Origin: Candidatus Kapaibacterium sp.
GTDB lineage: Bacteria; Bacteroidota; Ignavibacteria; Kapaibacteriales; Kapaibacteriaceae
NCBI GenBank assembly: GCA_038202665.1
Contig: JBBRES010000002.1
Location: 1 to 43,327 of the forward strand
Direction: 5' to 3'
DNA length: 43,327 bases
Part shown: in pieces, positions 24,809 through 34,995 of the stretch
Layout of the letters: each line of letters opens with the position of its first letter
Position numbering within the stretch: position 1 is the first letter of the stretch
Program-made: the position numbers and the translations under genes
The notes under the pieces: model-generated
Databases searched by the model: none
What the model was told of the DNA's origin: nothing
What the model saw: only the letters and a program-made list of their open reading frames with translations

Positions 24809-25479
24809 GTTCGCATACGGTGAAGATTGCACCATCACTGCTATCGGCGGATTTCGCCAATCTTGCAGCCGATGTTGCAACGTGTGAGCGTGGCGGTGCG
24901 GATGTACTGCACGTGGATGTTATGGACGGACACTTTGTCCCTAACATCACGATAGGTCCGCTCGTGGTAGAAGCACTTCGCCCACGTACGTCGCTTCCGT
25001 TGGATTGTCATTTGATGATCAGTGAGCCCGACCGATACATCGAGCTCTTCGCGGCGGCAGGTGCTTCGTGGATTAGCGTGCATGCAGAAGTAGCACATCA
25101 CTTGCACCGGAGCATAGGCGCGATTCGCGCAGCGGGATGCAAACCTGGAATTGTATTAAACCCCATGACGTCGCTCGATCACGCCTACGAAGCCGCAGGC
25201 GATGCAGAGTTCATCTTGCTGATGAGTGTAAATCCGGGTTTTGGCGGACAGGCCTTTATTCCAGGTTTTTACAAGCGCTGCGAACGACTCCGCACGTGGT
25301 TAGATGCGAATGGGCATAGCAACGTAGAGATTGAAGTAGATGGCGGCGTGAATCTCGACAACGTCCGAAGCATTGTAGATGCCGGTGCAAACATCATCGT
25401 GAGTGGAAGCAGTCTGTTTCGTGGCGACCTTGCCGCGAACATTGTCGAGATGCGACGTCGGGCTACATCGCAACAGTGA
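24805..25479 (+). CDS. rpe: Ribulose-phosphate 3-epimerase
   Basis: APSLLSADFANL, HVDVMDGHFVPNITIG, MSVNPGFGGQ and VDGGV. The ATG overlaps the upstream stop. Confidence 0.96.
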   Translation: MSSHTVKIAPSLLSADFANLAADVATCERGGADVLHVDVMDGHFVPNITIGPLVVEALRPRTSLPLDCHLMISEPDRYIELFAAAGASWISVHAEVAHHLHRSIGAIRAAGCKPGIVLNPMTSLDHAYEAAGDAEFILLMSVNPGFGGQAFIPGFYKRCERLRTWLDANGHSNVEIEVDGGVNLDNVRSIVDAGANIIVSGSSLFRGDLAANIVEMRRRATSQQ

Positions 25480-26272
25480 GAACGTCTCTGATCTCTTGCA
25501 CCTTTTCTGGTGGAAGCGTGTGAGCTACTGCGTCGAGTAACGCTATGTGCAGCAAGGCATAACGAGATTGCAGTTCTTGTGGCAACGCATGCAACTGCAG
25601 ACGCAGCGCCTCTACGTCACCGCGCACTAAAGGCCCAGTAATGTCGAATGGAATCTTGTGTTCAATGGATCTGTGTGCATTCGCAATGGTTTGCCGAACA
25701 ATCGGCACAAGGAATTCCGACGTCGGTAGTTGCGCAACGTCAGCCGTTGCGCGCGCAAGCGAGAGCGAGGCGTAGAGCAGATTCGAGGCTGCCACGGCAG
25801 CCGCATGGTAACGCAACTTCGCTTCGAGGTTTGAATGCGGAAGTCGGTGCGGCGTACCATGAAACAGTGCCACAAATTCATAGCAGCGCACTGCATCAAC
25901 ATCCAAACACTCCACGCCCCAGCCAATTGCTTCAACGAGCGCAGCATCTATTGAAGCAAACGTTTGAAATGGATGAATGGCTGCCGTTCGTGCGCCGCTG
26001 CGCGCGCATGCATGCAGAACATCTACGGTGAGTCTGCCGGAACAATGCATCACAAGCACGCCGGCTAGGTCGGCCCCCATCCAATCGACAAGCGCCTGTG
26101 ACTGTTGCTCGTAGTCTACATCTGCAACGGCAAGAACAATCGTCGATGGCACGAAGGGCGGCAACGCGAGCGGATCACGCCTGCTCTGCACCCACGTTGG
26201 CACGCCAGCATTTTGCAGTGCATGAGCGATAGAAAGCCCAACCTTGCCAGCACCAATCACGCCCACATGCAT
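25463..26272 (-). CDS. Rossmann-fold oxidoreductase-like protein (resembles the Rossmann + DUF2520 family)
   Basis: MHVGVIGAGKVGLSIAHAL dinucleotide-binding fold and a helical C-terminal half. The ATG at 26272 shares one base with the cysS TAA (TAATG). Confidence 0.65.
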   Translation of the reverse strand: MHVGVIGAGKVGLSIAHALQNAGVPTWVQSRRDPLALPPFVPSTIVLAVADVDYEQQSQALVDWMGADLAGVLVMHCSGRLTVDVLHACARSGARTAAIHPFQTFASIDAALVEAIGWGVECLDVDAVRCYEFVALFHGTPHRLPHSNLEAKLRYHAAAVAASNLLYASLSLARATADVAQLPTSEFLVPIVRQTIANAHRSIEHKIPFDITGPLVRGDVEALRLQLHALPQELQSRYALLHIALLDAVAHTLPPEKVQEIRDVLTVAM

Positions 26273-27735
26273 TAGAGCTTCTCCAGCGTGTAGTCTGATT
26301 TTCCGTCCTTCATCGACCAACCCAAGGCGTTAATCGCATCGCGCAATCGGTCAGATTCCGACCAGTTCTTTTCTACGCGTGCGGCCCATCGTTGTTCGGC
26401 AAGTGTTGCTACATCTGTAGGCACATCTACAACGGGACGTGCACCGAATGACCATACGGCGAACACGTCGTTCAGCTCTTTCAAAACTCCAAGAACAATC
26501 TCTGCATCCTGCGCAGCGTAAGCCGATGCTTTGTGTTCATTCATGAAGGTGAATAAGGCGGCAAGGGCCTTTGGCGTATGTAGATCGTCGGCGAGTTCTG
26601 CGAACACCGAGCTGCGTAGCGAGTGCACAGACGGCCTGTGTTCGGTGATAGCTGACGTTGATGCCGCATCCATCAGATCGTAGATGTAGTCCTGCACACG
26701 CTCACGGGCCTTCACAGAGGCGGAAAGTCCGTCCATCGTGAAGTTGAACAACGCACGGTAGTGTGAGCCAATCATGGCAAAGCGCACGTCGAGCGGATCG
26801 TAGTTGCGGTCCATAAGATCGCGCAGCGTAAAGAAGTTTCCGAGCGACTTGCTCATCTTCTTCCCTTCGATCTCCAAAAACTCGTTGTGCATCCAATAGT
26901 TGGCTTGTTCTTGCACATGATACCCAGCACAGCATTGTGCGAGCTCATCTTCGTGGTGCGGGAATCGAAGGTCGACGCCGCCGGTATGAATGTCGAACGG
27001 CAGACCCAAGATCTCCTTGCTCATGGCCGAGCATTCGATATGCCAGCCGGGCCGACCTGGCAATGGCACGCCATCGATCTCGAGATCCCACGATGGCTCT
27101 CCCTCCTTGCGACCTTTCCACAATACGAAGTCGCTCACAGATTCACGGTCGTACTCATCCGCATCGATGCGAACGCCTTCGCGAAAATGCTCAACGTCTA
27201 TCGTAAAGAGGCGTCCGTACGTGAAGTGCTTGCGGTAGGCGTTCACGTTGAAGTAGACGCTACCATCGCTCACGTAGCCAAAGCCGGATGCGACGATGTC
27301 CTTGATAAGGACCGTCATCTGCGGAATGTACTCCGTTGCACGGGGCATTGCATGGAAGTCTGTTGGCAGAATTCCAAGCGTTGAAATGTCGTGCTTGAAT
27401 GCGGCTTCGTAGTAAAGCGTGTAGGCACGCAAGTTCTCACGCACGTCGTCGGTTTGCGCACCCATGGCAGGCAACCAACGCGCACTGCCTATGCTACTTC
27501 CATCGATGGTCTTGTCGTCGATGTCCGTAATGTTCATCACCCAACGAACCTTGTATCCGCCAACAGTGCGAAGGACGCGTTGGACAAGATCCATAGAGAG
27601 GAAGGAACGCATGTTTCCAATGTGGGCCATGTCGTACACGGTAGGCCCACATGAATAGATGCGCACATCATTGGGATCGATGGGGTGGAAGTCGCGAACG
27701 TCGCGATCCATGGTGGTGTACAATCGTATCTGCAT
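26272..27735 (-). CDS. cysS: Cysteine--tRNA ligase
   Basis: CGPTVYDMAHIGNMRSF (HIGH-type), KMSKSLGN, and zinc-site cysteine/histidine context (HIECS). Confidence 0.97.
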   Translation of the reverse strand: MQIRLYTTMDRDVRDFHPIDPNDVRIYSCGPTVYDMAHIGNMRSFLSMDLVQRVLRTVGGYKVRWVMNITDIDDKTIDGSSIGSARWLPAMGAQTDDVRENLRAYTLYYEAAFKHDISTLGILPTDFHAMPRATEYIPQMTVLIKDIVASGFGYVSDGSVYFNVNAYRKHFTYGRLFTIDVEHFREGVRIDADEYDRESVSDFVLWKGRKEGEPSWDLEIDGVPLPGRPGWHIECSAMSKEILGLPFDIHTGGVDLRFPHHEDELAQCCAGYHVQEQANYWMHNEFLEIEGKKMSKSLGNFFTLRDLMDRNYDPLDVRFAMIGSHYRALFNFTMDGLSASVKARERVQDYIYDLMDAASTSAITEHRPSVHSLRSSVFAELADDLHTPKALAALFTFMNEHKASAYAAQDAEIVLGVLKELNDVFAVWSFGARPVVDVPTDVATLAEQRWAARVEKNWSESDRLRDAINALGWSMKDGKSDYTLEKL

Positions 27736-27797
27736 ACTGCAAAGATAGAAAGTGCGCCACGAGTGTCTTACAGCAAGATGAAGCTATGTGTGGCTAC

Positions 27798-27828
27798 GGG
27801 AGTCGGAGGCCTGCGCCTGCCGACTCCC
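27798..27828 (-). terminator. Candidate stem-loop terminator downstream of the large T9SS cargo gene (no U-tract)
   Basis: GGGAGTCGG (27798..27806) pairs with CCGACTCCC (27820..27828), and an inner AGGC/GCCT pairing extends the stem. It lies 20 nt past the stop at 27848. No T/A run follows on either strand. Confidence 0.35.
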
Positions 27829-27847
27829 AGCCAGATATTCGGGGTTG

Positions 27848-30800
27848 TTAATGTAGAACCAAGAATTGACGTGTGATCACCGCGGCATCGCTGCGAACAA
27901 CGAGGAGATAGGAGCCCGTAGGAATCGCGCCAAGGTCGACCGTGCGATCCGTCGTGCCGTCTACAACGAGACCACGTCCAATGCTCATCACTACACGACC
28001 CGTAGCATCAACTATATCGATATCCACGATTCGCGCATGAGCAGTTGCAAGAGAGATGCGAGCTCGGTCTGTTGCAGGCTGAGGTGCGATGGTCATTGCC
28101 ATGTCTGCATCACCGGCGATCACAGGACGCTCTTCGGCGACGTCAGTCACAATAGAGATCGGAGCGCCGGGACATCCGAGCCGGCCGTTGATGTCCATCG
28201 CCACAACGTAGAGCGACGTGATCACCATGCCCGATGCATCAAACGTGATGCTCGTATCTGCGCCATAAGCCACTGCCAGTACAGAGTCTGCACCTTGCAC
28301 AATTGCATGAACAACATAGCCCTCTGTTTCTGGGTCCGGCGAATTCGTCCACGCAACAGTGGTAAGTCCCTGCTGGTTCGAGACGGCATGCGCACCCTGC
28401 GGAGCTAACAAGCGCGTACGTGGATTCGCGAACGATCCTTCTGCATACGCTTCTTTATACCAGGTCGGAGTGCGAAGGACTCCGTAGACGTGGAATGAAC
28501 ACGGCGCCGTTGTATCTGCGAGTTGAATCGCGATTGCATTTGCTGATGCGTCTGCTTTGATAACCATGGCTCCGTCATAGTTGACGCCGTTGTCATCAAT
28601 GAACACATCAACACTCGCGCCAGCAGGCACATTTGTTGTGGTCCATGTTACATTCAACGTCCTGCCGGTCTGCGAAGCATTCAACACAAACGTCGGCTCT
28701 GGATCACTTCCGTAGGCCTCGATCGAATCCGTTGCGGATGTACCATTCGTTGTGAACTTCCACATGCCGGGAGCCGGATCTACGACGCTCCACAATGCAG
28801 CTGTTCCATCTGGGATCACAACACGAACAACTTTATCTGCAGATGTAGTTTTGGTATACATCGTGCCGCTTGGTGAGGTGAGCGACGTCACAATTCCACC
28901 CTCTGTGCGAGATGCTGCAATAATCAAGCGCTTGCTGTTTGCTGGCACCGAGATGCTCTTGTCGAGCTGTGGCGCCTCGCCGCCCTTTCCACCCTCCATC
29001 GTTCCACCAAAGAACTTGGCGAGCTGCGTAAAGCCACCTTCGAGTTTCAGTGCGGTTGGAGAAGGAAGAGCATCAAAGTCGAGCGTAAGTGTTCCCTTAC
29101 CCCACGACTGCATAAAGGCATTAAAGTCTGGGTCGGTGCTCAACGTCGCATTCGATAGATCGTACGTGATCGACGCTGCCTTCTTGCCCGGTTCGAAAAT
29201 TTCGATCAAGCCGGTGACGGTACCGAAGCTAAATGGTGCATAGGCGTTGATGGCACGTCCGAGCAGACCCATCTTCGGAATCAGATCTCCAGCAACGGCT
29301 GGGATCTTTGCAGCACCAGATATTCTACCCGTTACACCAATTGCATCGGGGAAGCTTACACTTTGTGAAGAAGTTCCTACAAAGAACCAATCGCCACCAA
29401 GGTGGAAGAGATTTGTGGTGCCTTCATCCTTGATGATGCGATTGTCGAGGTCAAAGGAGAAGGTTCGTGAGCCTTCGATCTGCCATGGTTTTGTGGGCGA
29501 CAAGAACGAGCCGTTCAGCATCCGCGTTGTAGCGGTTCCGGCAATCACAAACGGTGGATACGACACCTTTGCGGTGAGTTCAAACTCCAAAAGCTTGTCG
29601 CTTTTTATCACAGAGAACAAGCCGCTCATGGACGCCGATGCAGCGCTCCAATCTGTGGTTCTGTTGTATTTGATTGAGCCACCCTTCCAACACAACGGTG
29701 TTTCCGGAATGGGAATACACTCGGCAGTTTTGAGACCAAGCTCAAGACCGATCCACTCTTGCTTTTGAATCGACACAGAAAGCGAGGCTTCTTCGAAGAG
29801 TGGAGACTTTGCTTTGGCTGCTATGACGAGTGAGTCTTTGCGCGATTCGTACGAAATGCTGATTTCTTTCATGCAGATCGTCGACCCGATGCCGAGATTC
29901 TTCAGAGATCCTTTGCCATTGAAGATGATGCCATTCACATCTTGGATGACTGCGATATCAAGTCCGAAGGTGGTGTTGGCATTCGGCTTCCAAACTGCGA
30001 ACTCCTTGCTATTGCATCCCTCGGAGGTGTTCTTGGGGCCTTCGATGTCTACCACTAACTGTCCGCCAAACGACCCGCCATAGTCGCCTAGAATCTTGAA
30101 TTTGAGCGTCTTGATTTTCCCTCCGGCGATCTTGCTTAGAATAGGCAGGTCGCTGAAGTCAAGAAAGTCTACACACTTTGGCAGCAGAATGCGGAAGTCG
30201 CCATTGTAGAGATCGCCCATTGGCTTGTCACCCAGCATTACATCAAAGAAGAACCGGCCGTTGCCATCGATGTACTGACCGCCGCCACTTGTATCGATAC
30301 GCATCACACCGGCAAAACTTAAGAGTCCGTTGATTTTCACTTTATTGCTTGTGGTTTCGAGCTTGGGTGATTCTTTAATCTCGGACCACTTTTCGCCATC
30401 TCCAGCGTCGAACTCAATGAGTGGAAGACTCTCGCATTTGGAATACCAGTACCGACCGGCATTGGTGACTTTGAATTTGAACGTGTCTTGCTGACTGTCT
30501 TCAAAGCCTTCTTTGGTACTTCTGAAGAAAATCTGATAGTCGCCATTCGGGGCATCCTTCTTCACTTTCACCGTGAACTTCACGCCACCTGTATCGTTGC
30601 TTACAATACTCGGTGGTGGCGCGACCTCGAACGGACTTGCAATAGGGTTAATCGCTACGGTCACGCCCTTGACAGCCTTACCTGTGGCCTTGTTCAAGGT
30701 TTTGAGTGCGATGTCTATTGTTTCTTCTGGCTTGAGTTTCACACCACTCTTCGAGTACATCGTCTGTGCCAACGTTGGCTTGACGAGCACATTAAACTGT

Positions 30801-31237
30801 CCGCCAGATACCCTGCATGTGAGCGATGTGCCATTTGTAAGCGTCGCATTCCCATACCACGAGAACGTGCCATACACTCTGTTCGTGATGGTGTCGATAC
30901 GATCCACCGTTGCAGAACCACTTTGATTCGTAAACACTTGATCAGTCCGTGCACCATAGCGCCACGAGGTTCCTCCGGTGAGCGTATATGCTTTTACACC
31001 TTTATACCCTGGAAGCACAATTCGCATAAAGGTTGGTGGCACAACGGTAGAGTCCAGTTCGGCGATAATCGTGAGGCCGTTTGTCGATTCGATGTAGGTG
31101 ATCTTCTTTGAGATCCAGTCCTTGAGTGGACCGTTATTCGTTTGCGTAGAGAACACCATGAGTCCCGGATCTTGGGCCACAAGGTTCACCGTGACGAGTA
31201 AGCAAAGCATAAACACAACAACGTACTGAGGGCGCAT
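27848..31237 (-). CDS. Large secreted/cell-surface protein with a T9SS (Por_Secre_tail-like) C-terminal sorting domain; function unknown
   Basis: Signal peptide MRPQYVVVFMLCLLVTVNLVAQ. The start is chosen at the ATG at 31237, 6 nt after AAGGAG; the ORF-track start is 31258. The C-terminus (IAPQPATDRARISL...IVDATGRVVMS...GSYLLVVRSD...RQFLVLH) matches the T9SS CTD pattern. The rest is Thr/Gly/Ser-rich and beta-like, with no catalytic motif. Confidence 0.8.
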   Translation of the reverse strand: MRPQYVVVFMLCLLVTVNLVAQDPGLMVFSTQTNNGPLKDWISKKITYIESTNGLTIIAELDSTVVPPTFMRIVLPGYKGVKAYTLTGGTSWRYGARTDQVFTNQSGSATVDRIDTITNRVYGTFSWYGNATLTNGTSLTCRVSGGQFNVLVKPTLAQTMYSKSGVKLKPEETIDIALKTLNKATGKAVKGVTVAINPIASPFEVAPPPSIVSNDTGGVKFTVKVKKDAPNGDYQIFFRSTKEGFEDSQQDTFKFKVTNAGRYWYSKCESLPLIEFDAGDGEKWSEIKESPKLETTSNKVKINGLLSFAGVMRIDTSGGGQYIDGNGRFFFDVMLGDKPMGDLYNGDFRILLPKCVDFLDFSDLPILSKIAGGKIKTLKFKILGDYGGSFGGQLVVDIEGPKNTSEGCNSKEFAVWKPNANTTFGLDIAVIQDVNGIIFNGKGSLKNLGIGSTICMKEISISYESRKDSLVIAAKAKSPLFEEASLSVSIQKQEWIGLELGLKTAECIPIPETPLCWKGGSIKYNRTTDWSAASASMSGLFSVIKSDKLLEFELTAKVSYPPFVIAGTATTRMLNGSFLSPTKPWQIEGSRTFSFDLDNRIIKDEGTTNLFHLGGDWFFVGTSSQSVSFPDAIGVTGRISGAAKIPAVAGDLIPKMGLLGRAINAYAPFSFGTVTGLIEIFEPGKKAASITYDLSNATLSTDPDFNAFMQSWGKGTLTLDFDALPSPTALKLEGGFTQLAKFFGGTMEGGKGGEAPQLDKSISVPANSKRLIIAASRTEGGIVTSLTSPSGTMYTKTTSADKVVRVVIPDGTAALWSVVDPAPGMWKFTTNGTSATDSIEAYGSDPEPTFVLNASQTGRTLNVTWTTTNVPAGASVDVFIDDNGVNYDGAMVIKADASANAIAIQLADTTAPCSFHVYGVLRTPTWYKEAYAEGSFANPRTRLLAPQGAHAVSNQQGLTTVAWTNSPDPETEGYVVHAIVQGADSVLAVAYGADTSITFDASGMVITSLYVVAMDINGRLGCPGAPISIVTDVAEERPVIAGDADMAMTIAPQPATDRARISLATAHARIVDIDIVDATGRVVMSIGRGLVVDGTTDRTVDLGAIPTGSYLLVVRSDAAVITRQFLVLH

Positions 31238-31330
31238 AGCCATCTCCTTAGAATGCAATCAAATACCAACCGCAACAAACCTCGCAAAAGGTTGCTGCCT
31301 ATACAAAGGATGATTTTCTGAGTTTTTAGC

Positions 31331-32566
31331 CTAGGCCACTTCCTGTCCACCCGCAAACACGCTCATAACCGTGTTCGTACCGAAATGGTACACGAGCTCT
31401 GTGTAGGAAGGGACGTGATGAATGACGATATCTGCTCGTTTTCCCACCTCAAGGGAGCCTGTGAGGGCGGCAAGGCCCAATGCGGCCGCGCCGTGTAACG
31501 TCGCGGCAACAATGCTCTCTTCGATGCTCATGTGCATGTTCATACACGCCAGTGACAGTATCTGCTGCATGTTTTCGCAATAGCACGAACCCGGATTGCA
31601 ATCGGTGGCAAGTGCCACAATCATGCCTTTGTCGATCATGGTGCGAGCCGGTGCATACGGCAAACGTAACGTATAGGCCGTACCAGGCAAGAGTGTTGCC
31701 ACGGTCCCTGCCGCCTTCATCGCATCCATTCCCTTTTCGCTGATGTAGAGCAAGTGATCTGCACTCACGGCACCTACTCGAGCGGACATCTCTGCTGCGC
31801 CAAAGGCCGAGAGTTCGTCTGCGTGTACCTTAGCCTTCAAACCATAGCTGGCTGCGGCGCGAAGGATGCGTTCGGAATCTTCGTTGGTAAAATAGCCGGT
31901 GTCGGCAAAGACGTCACAGAACTCAGCTACGCGTTGTTCAGCAACGCGCGGAAGCATGTCGTTGATGATATGATCAACGTATGCTTCTCGTCTCCCTGCA
32001 TATTCTGGTGGTACATCGTGAGCACCTAAGAAGGTACCTACGAATGTGATTGGATGCATTTCACGGAGGTCTTCGAGAACGGCAAGCTGACGGAGTTCAC
32101 TGTCGAGCGTGAGTCCGTATCCGCTTTTGATCTCCATCGTTGTGGTGCCATGCTGGATGGCTGAATGCACAAGTGGTTCTGCGATATCGAGGAGTGTGGG
32201 GAGGTCGGCCTCGCGCACGGCGCGCATCGTCGACAAAATCCCGCCGCCTTCTGCAGCAATGGTTTGATAGCTGACGCCCTGAAGCCGGCGTGCGAATTCG
32301 TGCGAACGCGATCCCGCAAATACCATGTGGGTGTGCGAGTCTACAAAGCCCGGCATCACCGTGCAGCCCTGTGCGTCAATCACGTCGGCATCGATATTGT
32401 CTGCGTCGATCTCCGATGCAAGTCCGATCCACTCAATGGTTTCGTCAAAGAGGATCGCACCGTTGACAATCTCACCAACATCGTTCATGGATGAGCCCGT
32501 ACGTGCGTGTTTGCCATTGGCATTCACGGTTACGAGCGACGAGATATTGGTAATGAGAGTGGCCAT
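31331..32566 (-). CDS. hutI: Imidazolonepropionase (amidohydrolase superfamily)
   Basis: GFVDSHTHMVFAGSR, HEFARRLQGVSYQTIAAEGGGILST, KVHADE and TDCNPGS. Confidence 0.88.
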   Translation of the reverse strand: MATLITNISSLVTVNANGKHARTGSSMNDVGEIVNGAILFDETIEWIGLASEIDADNIDADVIDAQGCTVMPGFVDSHTHMVFAGSRSHEFARRLQGVSYQTIAAEGGGILSTMRAVREADLPTLLDIAEPLVHSAIQHGTTTMEIKSGYGLTLDSELRQLAVLEDLREMHPITFVGTFLGAHDVPPEYAGRREAYVDHIINDMLPRVAEQRVAEFCDVFADTGYFTNEDSERILRAAASYGLKAKVHADELSAFGAAEMSARVGAVSADHLLYISEKGMDAMKAAGTVATLLPGTAYTLRLPYAPARTMIDKGMIVALATDCNPGSCYCENMQQILSLACMNMHMSIEESIVAATLHGAAALGLAALTGSLEVGKRADIVIHHVPSYTELVYHFGTNTVMSVFAGGQEVA

Positions 32567-32568
32567 GA

Positions 32569-32850
32569 TCAGGAGGAAGAATGTTGGCGACGTGTTTCGG
32601 CTTTTGCGAGCTGACGTGCGATGATCGAGTCGGCGAGGAGCTCTGGCACGTCGGGTGGGAATGCCTTGACAAAAATCTCGTTCACGGCTGCCTCGCTCAC
32701 ATCAATCCGATACAGAATGGCCATGAGTTTTTCGGGATTCGAGTTTAGCAATCCAATAATGCGCTGCACTAACATTGCACGCACTTCTTGCAACCGTTGT
32801 TCGGGTGCGATGAGGTCGTCGGTGTCGGGCAGATCGAAGGCGGTCGACAT
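32569..32850 (-). CDS. Small hypothetical helical protein
   Basis: The frame is open between manC-like and hutI. The start is placed at the ATG at 32850 (MSTAFDLPDTDD) to avoid a 44-nt overlap with the upstream gene. The stop lies 2 nt before the hutI ATG. No motif is recognised. Confidence 0.45.
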   Translation of the reverse strand: MSTAFDLPDTDDLIAPEQRLQEVRAMLVQRIIGLLNSNPEKLMAILYRIDVSEAAVNEIFVKAFPPDVPELLADSIIARQLAKAETRRQHSSS

Positions 32851-32875
32851 TTTGTCGACGGCCGACAATACAATC

Positions 32876-33952
32876 TCAGAGGAATTGTTCACGACCGTTC
32901 TCTCGTAGATCTGTAACAATACGCTTTACTTCTTGAGCTTTGTCTTTTGTTGTTACGAGTGTTGCATCGTTCGTGTGAACGATCACCAGCCCGTCAATGC
33001 CAAGCACCGTTACAACGTGTTCATGTGTTGCTTCATTCACCACGATGCTATCGTGTGTGTCGATCATTCGCACATCACCTGCTACCACGTTCTCAGATGC
33101 ATCGCAGGCCCGCATGCGCGTGAGTGCATCCCACGATCCAACGTCGTCCCACGGGAACGAGGCAGGTAGGACGAACACGTTGTGCGCACGCTCCATCACG
33201 CCGTAGTCAATGGAGATGTCTGGAAGCGCCGAAAACGTTGCAGTTAGCGCCTCGTCGTTCTTGCTCCGGAGCTCTTCCGTCATCACCGAGATTGTCGATC
33301 CAACTTCCGGTAAGTGTTCTTGCATCGTAGCCGTTAGTGCCGCCACGGTCCAAAAGAACATACCGCTGTTCCACATGTAGTTTCCACTATGCACGTAGTC
33401 GAGTGCAACGTCAAAAGAAGGCTTCTCTTTAAAACGCACCACGTGTTGAAGACGGTCATCAGTACGCACACTCGGCATTTCGATATAGCCGTAGCCAGTT
33501 TCAGGTCGCGTTGGCGGAATCCCCAGCGTCACCAATGCCTGATGTTCTTCTGCATACGTCAACGCTGCATCAACATCGCGACGGAACGCATCTGCATTTC
33601 CGATGAAATGATCTGCCGTGAGCACAGCCATAGAGGCATTCTCGCTGCGTGTCTGGAGCATGGCGGCCGCCAACGCCAAACAGGGCGCAGTGTTGCGCTT
33701 TGCTGGCTCGGCGACTACATTTTCTGCGAGAAGCGACGGCATCGCGTCGATGATCGGTTGACGTAGCAATTCGCTTGTAATCACGATGATGTTTTCGCGC
33801 GGGATCAAGGGCTCGATGCGACTCACGGCTTCTTCGAGCATCGTCTGCGTAGAACTCGTCAGTTGCAAGAGTTGCTTCGGCTTTCGCATCCGGCTCGATG
33901 GCCAGAAGCGTTCGCCGGAACCGCCGGCCATGATGATGACGAATCTATTCAT
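32876..33952 (-). CDS. Mannose-1-phosphate guanylyltransferase-type sugar nucleotidyltransferase
   Basis: N-terminal IIMAGGSGERFWPSSRMRKPKQ signature. At 358 aa it is nucleotidyltransferase-only and lacks the C-terminal isomerase/cupin domain. Confidence 0.85.
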   Translation of the reverse strand: MNRFVIIMAGGSGERFWPSSRMRKPKQLLQLTSSTQTMLEEAVSRIEPLIPRENIIVITSELLRQPIIDAMPSLLAENVVAEPAKRNTAPCLALAAAMLQTRSENASMAVLTADHFIGNADAFRRDVDAALTYAEEHQALVTLGIPPTRPETGYGYIEMPSVRTDDRLQHVVRFKEKPSFDVALDYVHSGNYMWNSGMFFWTVAALTATMQEHLPEVGSTISVMTEELRSKNDEALTATFSALPDISIDYGVMERAHNVFVLPASFPWDDVGSWDALTRMRACDASENVVAGDVRMIDTHDSIVVNEATHEHVVTVLGIDGLVIVHTNDATLVTTKDKAQEVKRIVTDLRENGREQFL

Positions 33953-33993
33953 AGTGCGAAGTGACGAGAATCGTGTGAGAAGTGTCGCGTGTG

Positions 33994-34971
33994 TTACAAA
34001 AGCTCAGCGATCTGAACGGCATTGGTAGCTGCACCTTTGCGAAGATTATCGGCAACAACCCACAGTAGAATCCCATTGGCAACGCTCGTGTCTTGACGGA
34101 TGCGTCCCACGTAGACGGGGTCTGTGTTTGCCGCATCTCGTGGAGACGGATAGACGTTGTTGGCAGGGTCGTCCATCACCACAATGCCGGGCGTGTTGCG
34201 TAGGATCTCGCGTGCATCGTTGGCTGACAGTGGACGTTCGAATTCAACAGCAACAGATTCACCATGACCACCCAACACAGGCACACGCACGCAGGTAACA
34301 GCAATGGGAAGATTTGGCAGATGGAGAATGCGACGTGTTTCTCGTTGCATCTTGATCTCTTCCTCGCTTCCCTGCCCCATACCTTCAATCGCATGAAACA
34401 CGGTATTGTAGGCAAGTGTGTGCGGAGAAATGCGTGACGTGGGCGTGCGCTCTTGGATCTCGTCACGAAGTTGATCGACGCCTTTTTGTCCGGCGCCACT
34501 CACGCTTTGATACGTGCTGCACACAACGCGCTTGATACCAGCAGCGTCGTGCAATGGCTTTAGGGCTACCACCAGTTGGATCGTCGAACAATTCGGATTC
34601 GCAATGATTCCGTGATGCAGGCGTACGTCTTCGGGATTTACTTCTGGCACAACAAGCGGTACATCTGGGTCCATGCGCCATGCGCTGCTGTTGTCGATCG
34701 CAACCGCTCCGCTCCGAGCGGCAATCGGACAGTACTCTTTACTAACGGATCCACCGGCGCTGAACAAGGCTACGTCGATGCCTTCGAAGGAGGCAGGGCC
34801 AAGGGCTTGGACGATGTGATCAGACCCAAGTACATTCACGCGCTCCCCTGCCGAACGGGCAGAGGCGAGCATACGAAGAGTGGTAACGGGAAAGAGGCGT
34901 TCTTCAAGAACGCGGGCCATGGTTCTCCCGACAAGACCAGTGGCTCCAACTATGGCGATGTGCATCCGCAA
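33994..34971 (-). CDS. asd: Aspartate-semialdehyde dehydrogenase
   Basis: IAIVGATGLVGR Rossmann motif, active-site NPNCSTIQL and SGAGQKG. Confidence 0.95.
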   Translation of the reverse strand: MRMHIAIVGATGLVGRTMARVLEERLFPVTTLRMLASARSAGERVNVLGSDHIVQALGPASFEGIDVALFSAGGSVSKEYCPIAARSGAVAIDNSSAWRMDPDVPLVVPEVNPEDVRLHHGIIANPNCSTIQLVVALKPLHDAAGIKRVVCSTYQSVSGAGQKGVDQLRDEIQERTPTSRISPHTLAYNTVFHAIEGMGQGSEEEIKMQRETRRILHLPNLPIAVTCVRVPVLGGHGESVAVEFERPLSANDAREILRNTPGIVVMDDPANNVYPSPRDAANTDPVYVGRIRQDTSVANGILLWVVADNLRKGAATNAVQIAELL

Positions 34972-34995
34972 AGTTACGAAGCAAGACGTGCCACG

